NCBI GenBank assembly: GCA_036675475.1
Contig: JAKFEY010000001.1
Span: forward strand, 10,442-74,441
From: Vicinamibacterales bacterium
GTDB lineage: Bacteria; Acidobacteriota; Vicinamibacteria; Vicinamibacterales; SCN-69-37
Direction: 5' to 3'
Length of the DNA: 64,000 nt
Under the pieces are notes generated by a model. It was not told the DNA's origin. It did no database searches and saw only the letters and a program-made list of their open reading frames with translations. A program made the translations under genes and the position numbers. Shown in pieces: positions 51,642 to 59,050 of this stretch (the stretch's first letter is position 1; each line of letters begins with the position of its first letter).

Positions 51642-54301
51642 GGCTCCGTAATGTTATACGCGTCTCGCACCGGCCGCAGCGGCCGATCGAACCAGAGGGG
51701 GCGGCGCAGGCCCCCGGGCCCCGGGGCGGGCCGGGTCTGCTCGAGCCACTCGCGATAGAGCTGGTGGGACCGCTCGGTGTCGACCTCGATGTCGCCATAG
51801 GCATCGTCCGGGCCGGCCTTTTCGACCGTGACCTTCTGGTGCCAGCAGTGCATCCCGCTCACCGGGTCGGGTTGCACCGGGAAGGTGACGTTCTGGTGCA
51901 CGCCGATCTCGCTCCACCAGATGCGGCCGCTGTCGGGGTCCTTGCTCTCGAAGGGTTGCGCGCCGTGCACCTGCTTCATCGAATAGCGGCCGCGGCCCGA
52001 GCGCTCGATTTTGACCAGCGCCGACGCGTTGCGCGAGCCGCCCTCGTCTTCATGCAGCCGCCAGCGGCCCAGATGGTGCGACATCGCCACCACGCCGGGG
52101 CGAAGGCCCTCGGTGACCCAGGCGCGCGTCACGAAATAGCCGATGGCCGTCTTCACCTTGACGAGGTCGCCGCTTTCGACGCCGAGTTTGCGCGCGTCCG
52201 GCGTCGCGAGCCACAGCGGATTCGAGTGTGAGATCTCGTACGCCCATTTCACGGCGCTGCGCGTGTGCACGAGCGTCGGCAGCCGGAAATTGGGAAGCAG
52301 ATCGAATTCGTTCTCGTCGCGCTTCAGTTCTTTCCAGTGCACGTGGCCAGGCACGTAGCGCGGAATGGCATGTTCGGCCCAGCCCCATTCGGCCAGGGTC
52401 TTCGAGTAGAACTCGAGCTTCTTCGACGGCGTGTTGAAGCCGTCAGTTTCGTGGGCGCGGCTGTACGCGGCCTCATCGACCTTGAACACGCCGTACTTGC
52501 GCATGTACTCGAGCGGCTTGAGATTCTCGCGCGCGGCCGCTTCGGGCAGGCCCGGCACCGAGTTCTCGAACATCCAGCCGTAGTACTCGTCCATCGTGAT
52601 GCGCTCGCCCGGACGATACGGCGACTCCCAGAACTTGCGCATGCCGAGCGAGCCGTCGTGATCGATGCGCCACGTGAGCTCCGCCCAGAACTCGCTTTCC
52701 TCCCACACCTCGCCGGGGTTCGCGTCCTTCGTGTCGGCGGCGGGGTTGCCCGCCTTCTCGCGCGCGACACGCACGACGGGCTGCCGGAACCCGAGCCAGC
52801 GGCCCGCGTGCGTCTCCTGGCTCATCGTGTCGTGACGCTCGGTGCCAAGGCCCATGGGCAGCACGTAGTCGGCAAACCACGCCGTCTCGCTCCACGTGGG
52901 CGTGAGCGCGATGTGCATGCCGATCTTCGACTCGTCCTCGAGCACTTCCATCCACGAGAAGCCGTCGGGATTGGTCCACAGCGGGTTGTAGACGCGCGTG
53001 AAATACACGTCGAGCTTGCCGCGCCCCTCCTTGAGGAAGTGCGGCAGCAGGAAGCTCATTTCGTGAAACGAGAGCGGGAACTCGCGCGGAAACAGCAGCT
53101 CGTTCCAGTAGCCGGGCGGCGGCGGCGGATTGGGATGCTTCGGCACGAACTTGTTCGTGGAGTTGAGATTGACGCCGCCCTTCTCGCCGATCGCGCCCGT
53201 GAGCACCACGAGCAGATAGAGGCACCGCGTGATCTGCCAGCCCCACAGGTTCCCCGCGGCCGCGGCGCGCCAGCTGTGCGTCGAGAAGGCCGTGCCGGCC
53301 TCGGCAATCGCGCGCGCGGCCTGCTCGAGGCGCGCGGCGGGTACGCCTGACTCGGCTTCGGCATATTCGAACGTGAACGGCGCGTACTCTTCCTCCATCG
53401 CAGCGATGAAGGAGTCGAACGTGGCCGGCGCGCCCGGCTTCTCGGCCGCCAGGTACTCTTCCCAGTTGACCCATTTCTCGACGAACGCGCGGTTGTAGCG
53501 CTTTTCGGCGAGCAGGTATCGCGCGAACGACAGCAGAATCGCGCCTTCCGTGCCGGAGTACGCGGGCAGCCACAGGTTGGATTTCGCCGACGTGTTCGAC
53601 AGCCGCGGATCGATCACGATCAGCGTCGCGCCGGCGGCCTGTCCTTCGATGATGCGCTGCGCGTGCGGGTTGAAGTAGTGCCCCGACTCCAGGTGCGAGG
53701 ACAGCAGCAGAATGGTTTTCGCGTGCGCGTAGTCGGGCGACGGCCGGTCGGCGCCGCACCACAGAAAGTGTCCAAGCCGCGCAGACGATGAGCAGACGTT
53801 CGTGTGGCTGTTGTGCCCGTCGACGCCCCACGTTTGAATCGTGCGGTTCGCGAAGCCGTCTTCGCCGGGCCGGCCGACGTGATACATCAGCTCGTGCTTC
53901 CGGCCCTCCTGCACCGCGCGCCGGATGCGGCCCGCGATGTCGTCGAGCGCCGCATCCCAGCTCACGCGCTCCCAGCGCCCCTCGCCGCGCTTGCCGGCGC
54001 GCTTGAGCGGATACAGGATGCGATCCGGATCCTCGAGCTGGTTCGGCGAAACGACGCCCTTCGCGCACGTGCGCCCGCGGCTGCCCGGATGCACCGGGTT
54101 GCCTTCGATTTTGCGGACGTCGAACGTTTCCTTGTCGACGTACGCCAGCACGCCGCACGCCGACTCGCAGTTGAAGCAGATCGACGGAATGATCCAGTAG
54201 CGCCGCCGATCCTTCTTCGGCCACGACGTCGACTCGTAGTCGACGTAGTTGTCCCACTCGGAAGGATCGGGATGCGTGCGGAAACCCTTATCTGGCTTCA
54301 T
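51638..54301 (-). CDS. molybdopterin (bis-MGD) oxidoreductase catalytic subunit, no Tat signal (887 aa)
   Basis: Trimmed ORF 51638..54364 to ATG 54301; the extension lies in repeat DNA. CFNCESACGVLAYVD ... GRTCAKG (FS0 cluster motif). MopB-type body. Confidence 0.85.
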   Translation of the reverse strand: MKPDKGFRTHPDPSEWDNYVDYESTSWPKKDRRRYWIIPSICFNCESACGVLAYVDKETFDVRKIEGNPVHPGSRGRTCAKGVVSPNQLEDPDRILYPLKRAGKRGEGRWERVSWDAALDDIAGRIRRAVQEGRKHELMYHVGRPGEDGFANRTIQTWGVDGHNSHTNVCSSSARLGHFLWCGADRPSPDYAHAKTILLLSSHLESGHYFNPHAQRIIEGQAAGATLIVIDPRLSNTSAKSNLWLPAYSGTEGAILLSFARYLLAEKRYNRAFVEKWVNWEEYLAAEKPGAPATFDSFIAAMEEEYAPFTFEYAEAESGVPAARLEQAARAIAEAGTAFSTHSWRAAAAGNLWGWQITRCLYLLVVLTGAIGEKGGVNLNSTNKFVPKHPNPPPPPGYWNELLFPREFPLSFHEMSFLLPHFLKEGRGKLDVYFTRVYNPLWTNPDGFSWMEVLEDESKIGMHIALTPTWSETAWFADYVLPMGLGTERHDTMSQETHAGRWLGFRQPVVRVAREKAGNPAADTKDANPGEVWEESEFWAELTWRIDHDGSLGMRKFWESPYRPGERITMDEYYGWMFENSVPGLPEAAARENLKPLEYMRKYGVFKVDEAAYSRAHETDGFNTPSKKLEFYSKTLAEWGWAEHAIPRYVPGHVHWKELKRDENEFDLLPNFRLPTLVHTRSAVKWAYEISHSNPLWLATPDARKLGVESGDLVKVKTAIGYFVTRAWVTEGLRPGVVAMSHHLGRWRLHEDEGGSRNASALVKIERSGRGRYSMKQVHGAQPFESKDPDSGRIWWSEIGVHQNVTFPVQPDPVSGMHCWHQKVTVEKAGPDDAYGDIEVDTERSHQLYREWLEQTRPAPGPGGLRRPLWFDRPLRPVRDAYNITEP

Positions 54302-54305
54302 TTCT

Positions 54306-54439
54306 GATGCTCGGGGCCTGGTCCGGTATTCCTCAGCGCCGGCGAGGCGAGTCGAGCCCGGCACGGAGCAGCCGGTCTCTCCGAAGTCCTTTTAACGCCG
54401 GCGCTGATGAACACCGGACGCCGCCCCTGCGCGTGATCC
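54306..54439 (-). repeat. intergenic structured repeat, copy B (module 2 only), inverted relative to copy A
   Basis: The reverse complement, ggatcacgcgcaggggcggcgtccggtgttcatcagcgccggcgttaaaaggac ... ctcgactcgcctcgccggcgctgaggaataccggac, aligns with 39032-39163. Confidence 0.75.
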
Positions 54440-54459
54440 ATACCAACAACCAGCAACCA

Positions 54460-55983
54460 TTACGAAATCGGCACGCACTGGCCCGCGTCGACCCACACGT
54501 ACTCCCAGGCGAACGCGCCCGCCAGTGACAGCAGCGACGCGGCGATCAGGAGCGGCGCCGACAGGGGCGCGGCGATGCCGAACGCGAGCAGCGCCAGCGG
54601 CAGCAGGCCGCCGAAGCCGAGCGAGACGCCCCAGAACAGCCGCGAGTATGCGCCGCGACGGATGGCCGTGAGCGCCAGCTCGTGATGGCGCGTCGGACTC
54701 GGCGTGAGCAGGTTCTCGAAGACCAGGAACACGAGGTGCGCGGCAAGCGCCGCGAACACCGCCAGCGTCAGCAGGCGCGTGGCCCCGGGCGCGTCATTCA
54801 TGAGCGACGCCGCAATCAGCAGCACCGCGCCGGCTTCGACGATGGCCTGCGCGATGAGGTCGATGGCGGCATACGGCCCCTGCCAGAGATCGCGCGCGAG
54901 GCCCTGCGCGAAGAGGAATCCCGTGTAGGACGTCGCCGCGAGCGCGACGAGCAGCGTGGGCACCGCGATCAGCGTGAGGATGCCCGGCGCGCCGAACCAG
55001 GCGGCCGCAAGCCACAGCGTCGACAGCGCGCCGTGCGCCGTCAGGAAGTACGCGCCCCACGCCATCCACGACCGCCAGTTGGGGCGGATGAGGATGTAGT
55101 AGAAACGCTCGGGCCGCTCGAGATCGACGATGAGGACCACGGCGGTGATGATGGAAAAAACCAGCGACACGATGGGCGCCGCAAAGAGCGCGACCGATCC
55201 GCGCTCGCCCGCGAACCAGAGCACGGCCGCCAGCAGCATGGCGCCGGTCGCGATGCCCTTGGTCAGCAGATAGAGCGCCATGTCCATGCCCCACGCCTGC
55301 TTGTGCGGCACGTCGTAGTCCACGCGCGGCGCGCCGGGCTGCGCCGGATTCTCTTCAACGGCGCCAAGCGGCCGCAGCAGCACCTGGCCTTCCTTGTACA
55401 TGAACGGCCGTGCGGCCACTTCCGGCTGAATCGCGGCTTCTTCCGCGCCGATGTAGAAAATCTTCGGCTTCGTGCCCTTGTCGGGTCGCCGCACCGTCAC
55501 CGCCTCGCGCGCCACGATCTGCGCCACTTCACTCGTGGGGTCGTCGAGGTCGCCAAAGATGCGGCACTCGGTCGGACACACGCTCACGCACGCCGGCTGC
55601 AGCTTGTTCTCGACGCGGTTCGCGCAGAAGTTGCACTTCTCCGCCGTGTGCGTGTTGGGATCGATGAAGAGCTGATCATACGGACACGCCGCCATGCACG
55701 CGCGGCAGCCGATGCACGAGTCGCTGTTGAAGTCGACGATCCCGTCGCGACGCTTGAAGAGGGTGTTGGTCGGACAGATGCTCACGCACGGCGCATCGTC
55801 ACACTGGTTGCAGAGGACGGGAAAGAAGAAGCGCTTGGTGTCGGGGAAGGAGCCCTTTTCGACCGTCTTGACCCAGCAGCGGTTGACGCCGACGGGAATC
55901 TCGTGCTCCGACTTGCAGGCAATCGTGCAGGCATGACAGCCGATGCACTTCCGCAGGTCGATCGCAAAGCCGTAGTTCGCCAC
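54460..55983 (-). CDS. fusion of a four-cluster 4Fe-4S ferredoxin subunit (PsrB/DmsB-like) with an NrfD/PsrC-like membrane quinone-interacting subunit
   Basis: CIGCHACTIACK, CNQCDDAPCVSICP, CIGCRACMAACP, CNFCANR ... CVSVCP, then about 8 TM segments (MDMALYLLTKGIATG ...). GTG start. Confidence 0.85.
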   Translation of the reverse strand: MANYGFAIDLRKCIGCHACTIACKSEHEIPVGVNRCWVKTVEKGSFPDTKRFFFPVLCNQCDDAPCVSICPTNTLFKRRDGIVDFNSDSCIGCRACMAACPYDQLFIDPNTHTAEKCNFCANRVENKLQPACVSVCPTECRIFGDLDDPTSEVAQIVAREAVTVRRPDKGTKPKIFYIGAEEAAIQPEVAARPFMYKEGQVLLRPLGAVEENPAQPGAPRVDYDVPHKQAWGMDMALYLLTKGIATGAMLLAAVLWFAGERGSVALFAAPIVSLVFSIITAVVLIVDLERPERFYYILIRPNWRSWMAWGAYFLTAHGALSTLWLAAAWFGAPGILTLIAVPTLLVALAATSYTGFLFAQGLARDLWQGPYAAIDLIAQAIVEAGAVLLIAASLMNDAPGATRLLTLAVFAALAAHLVFLVFENLLTPSPTRHHELALTAIRRGAYSRLFWGVSLGFGGLLPLALLAFGIAAPLSAPLLIAASLLSLAGAFAWEYVWVDAGQCVPIS

Positions 55984-55993
55984 GCCTGACGGA

Positions 55994-58900
55994 CTATATC
56001 GCAGCCCGCTCGTCTTCAGTCAGGCCGTAGAGCCGGGCGATGACGCGGCCCGCGCTGCCCGCGTCAAGGCCTGAGAGCTCAGCCACCGACGCCTCCATGT
56101 CTGGCACCGGCAGCCATTCGATGAGCGACGTGGTGACGTGCGAGCCGACGAACAGGCGGACGAGGAAATTCGCGACGTCGCTGTTGAGAATCAGCGCGAG
56201 TGCGCGCTGCGTTCGGAGGTCCCACGCGTTTCGCAGGCAGAACAGGCTGTGCGAGGTCACCGCGCCGGCGGGGACGATGGCGGCGATGAGCGTCTGGGTG
56301 TTGGTGGGGGCCGTGACGTCGCGATAGGCCAGACGCGCGCGGTCGAAGGGCAGATCGGGCAGCAGCCGCGACGCGGCTGCCCGCGAGATGCGATGGCGCG
56401 CGCTCGCCACGTCGACGTGGTGCGGGTGCAGATGCTTGCCTTCGAGCACGGGCAGGCTTCCTCTTGCCGAGAAGGCGCCGCGGTCGTCGGTGAGGTTGAG
56501 TTCGCGGCCGAACGACGCGCCCCAGCCGCGCGGGTCGCCGAGCGCTTGGTGGCGGCCGCAGAGTTTCATTGCGAGTGCGAGGTGCGCCGCCGACGCCGCG
56601 TCTGGCACACGGCGGCTGCTGCCGCCAATCGCCTGCAGCGCTTCGCGCGTGATGAGCGGGCCGGAGCGCGGCGCACCGGCATCGGGCAGGTCGTCGAGGG
56701 CGGCGGCGTGCGCGATTCGCGTCAGCTCGAACGCCTGAGACATTTCGCCGGTCGTCGCCGTGACCGCCGCAAACCGGAGGCTGCGATGCGCCTGGAAGAT
56801 GCCGTCGCGATTGTCGAAGCGCGCGAGGGTGTCGATGCGCGTGCCGTCGAGCAGCGTCTGCCGCAGCCCCGCCGACCCATCGTCGGTCATCAAGCCCCAG
56901 GGCAGCACCAGGCCGATGCGCCCGCCGGGCCGCGTGAGCTGCAGCGAGCGTTCGAGGAAGAGTTGATACAGATTGACGTGGCCTCGCGCAGAGCGGGGAT
57001 AGAGGCCAGACCCGCGCGCGAAGGTGTTCATCGCGTGCCGCGAGTCGGAGCCGGCGCCTGCGCGCAGCATTTCCCAGGGCGGATTGCCGACGACGGCGTC
57101 GAAGCCGGGCGCGTCGCCGCCGAAGACGTCCGGGAATTCGAGCGGCCAGTGAAAGAAGCGCAGTGAACCCGCATGCGCGGCGGCTTCGCGGAGCCGGCGT
57201 CCGGCCGCGCGTGCCCCGATGACGCGGGAGCGCAGCACCAGACGATCCGCCAGCGCGCGATATTCGCGCGCGTCGGCGCGTGACGCAGCCGGCACGAACC
57301 ACCACGCGCACCAGATGTCGCAGAGCACGCGCCATCGCGACAACCCGGCCGTGTCCGCGCGAAGGGCGGCGAACAGCCGCTGCTTGCGCCGCACGTCTTC
57401 GAGGTTTTCCTCGCGCATGCGCGCCAGATCGCACGCGCGTGCGGCCCCGGCACGCACCGCCTCGTCGGATGCGTGCGCGTCGAACAGGGGAAGCGCCGGC
57501 CCTCGTCCGGCCACGCGAGGCGCGTGACGCGCGGCCGCCGGGTCGATGCCGATCAGGCTGTTGCCGCACCTGAGGCGATGGTCGAGAAAGCTGAGCGGCC
57601 TGCCGGCCGAGAGCGTAGCCAGCCAGAGTGAGAGCTGCGCGAGCAGCGCCGCAGTGGGATTGGCGTCGACGCCGTACAGGCACTGCTGCGCCACCTGCCG
57701 GCGCAGCTGCTGGCGATCGGCGTCGGTGACGTCGTGTTCAGGCAGTTGTCCTTCTTCGACCAGGGCGCGCTCGAGCGCGCCCGTGAGAAACCTCAGCGCC
57801 GCCACCAGGAACGCGCCGCTGCCCATGGCGGGATCGAGGACGCGCAGCGAAAGGATGCGGCCCGACGAGGCGCCGGCGACGAGCGGCGACAGCGCGCGGC
57901 GGACGATGAAGGCCGTGAGCGATCGCGGCGTGTAGAACGAGCCCGACTCCTTGCGCGCGCGGCCGGCGGCATCAGGGTCGAGATCGAGCACGCGCTCGTA
58001 GATCGAGCCGAGCTCCTCGACATCGAGCTCCGCGTAGCTGACACGGCGCGCACCGCCCCGCGCGGGCCGATATTCGGTGAGCGAGGCAAGCGCTTCCGAC
58101 GCGGGCCGATCCAGTTTCGAATCGAGCAGCGGCGACGCGGCCCACTTGCGCCGGGGTCCGGGCGCAAACAGCCGGCCATTGAACCCCGCGACCTGCAACG
58201 TGCCCGCGCGGCATCCCTCGCCAAGCAGGCGGCGGCCCGCTTCGAGCGAGGCCCACGCGCCGCGCGGATCCCTGGGCGGCCATCGCGTCGCTACGCTCGT
58301 CAGCGAATAGTGATCGCGATACACGCGATGCCACACGGGAACGAGCGCGCGCGCTTCCGCGAAGAGGACGAACAACAGACGGAAGACGACACCGAGGCTG
58401 GCATCGAACGGCAGCTCGCGCGCAAGCGCGTGAATGGACGTCTGCACGCCTTCGCGAAGGTGCTGTTGGACTTCAATCGCCGAACGGTCTGACGAGGCAA
58501 TTGCGTCCGCCAGCGCGCCGCGTGCCCATGCCTCCGACGCAAGAATGGCCGCCGCAAAGCCCGCCGTGTCGGCGTGCGCGGCAAGATCGTCGAGCGCGAT
58601 GCACGCGGTGCGTCGCGGCGATCCCGGGCGCGCGTCCATGACGGCGAGGCACACGCCGTTGAAGCCGGCCGCCCACGGCGCGCCGGCCTCGAGCGCCGCG
58701 CGCAGTACGCGGCGCGTGTCGAGCGCGAGCGGGCGGCCCCACGGGAAGGCCACGAGCAGCGCCGCCTCGCCCGAGGGCGACAGCGCCACGGCATGCTCGC
58801 CCGCGCCGCGGCACGCGAAGCCGAGCGGTTGCTCGAACACATCCTGCAGCGCTTCGAGCAGCCGTCGGCACGACGCCGACGGTCCGAGCGTCGTCGACGT

Positions 58901-59050
58901 GCGAGCTGCCCACGCGGCAATGCCGTCCGCGCCGCTCGTGCCGTTCGCCGCGGCGCGCGTGTGGCGGCCCTCGCCGGACGCGAGCCAGTCTCTCGCGGCG
59001 CGAGGCGACAGCAGCGTGCCCGACAGGCCGGGAATGACGACGCCGGTCAT
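55994..59050 (-). CDS. gamma-class N6-adenine DNA methyltransferase, PglX / Eco57I (type IIG/L-like) architecture, 1018 aa
   Basis: Trimmed ORF 55994..59533 to ATG 59050. GSFYTPRSL, VLDPAMGSGAFL (SAM motif I), YGVDANPTA, RCGNSLIG, FHWPLEFPDVF, FDAVVGNPPW (motif IV). Long unassigned N- and C-terminal regions. Confidence 0.85.
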   Translation of the reverse strand: MTGVVIPGLSGTLLSPRAARDWLASGEGRHTRAAANGTSGADGIAAWAARTSTTLGPSASCRRLLEALQDVFEQPLGFACRGAGEHAVALSPSGEAALLVAFPWGRPLALDTRRVLRAALEAGAPWAAGFNGVCLAVMDARPGSPRRTACIALDDLAAHADTAGFAAAILASEAWARGALADAIASSDRSAIEVQQHLREGVQTSIHALARELPFDASLGVVFRLLFVLFAEARALVPVWHRVYRDHYSLTSVATRWPPRDPRGAWASLEAGRRLLGEGCRAGTLQVAGFNGRLFAPGPRRKWAASPLLDSKLDRPASEALASLTEYRPARGGARRVSYAELDVEELGSIYERVLDLDPDAAGRARKESGSFYTPRSLTAFIVRRALSPLVAGASSGRILSLRVLDPAMGSGAFLVAALRFLTGALERALVEEGQLPEHDVTDADRQQLRRQVAQQCLYGVDANPTAALLAQLSLWLATLSAGRPLSFLDHRLRCGNSLIGIDPAAARHAPRVAGRGPALPLFDAHASDEAVRAGAARACDLARMREENLEDVRRKQRLFAALRADTAGLSRWRVLCDIWCAWWFVPAASRADAREYRALADRLVLRSRVIGARAAGRRLREAAAHAGSLRFFHWPLEFPDVFGGDAPGFDAVVGNPPWEMLRAGAGSDSRHAMNTFARGSGLYPRSARGHVNLYQLFLERSLQLTRPGGRIGLVLPWGLMTDDGSAGLRQTLLDGTRIDTLARFDNRDGIFQAHRSLRFAAVTATTGEMSQAFELTRIAHAAALDDLPDAGAPRSGPLITREALQAIGGSSRRVPDAASAAHLALAMKLCGRHQALGDPRGWGASFGRELNLTDDRGAFSARGSLPVLEGKHLHPHHVDVASARHRISRAAASRLLPDLPFDRARLAYRDVTAPTNTQTLIAAIVPAGAVTSHSLFCLRNAWDLRTQRALALILNSDVANFLVRLFVGSHVTTSLIEWLPVPDMEASVAELSGLDAGSAGRVIARLYGLTEDERAAI

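Noticed and set aside
54302-54364. N-terminal extension of the molybdoenzyme ORF (MPGSTRLAGAEEYRTRPRASE) and the similar peptide APGSTRLGGAEEYWTPPRARA in ORF 38981..39286
   Set aside because: The shared peptide is a translation artefact of the shared intergenic DNA repeat (copies B and A). The real start is ATG 54301. Similar 5' over-extensions were trimmed for ORFs 5401, 7859, 10018, 15069..16754, 16238..17941, 18520, 23029..23784, 24535, 30069, 30899..31780, 31192..32046, 35874, 40737..42788, 42027, 50069 and 55994..59533.
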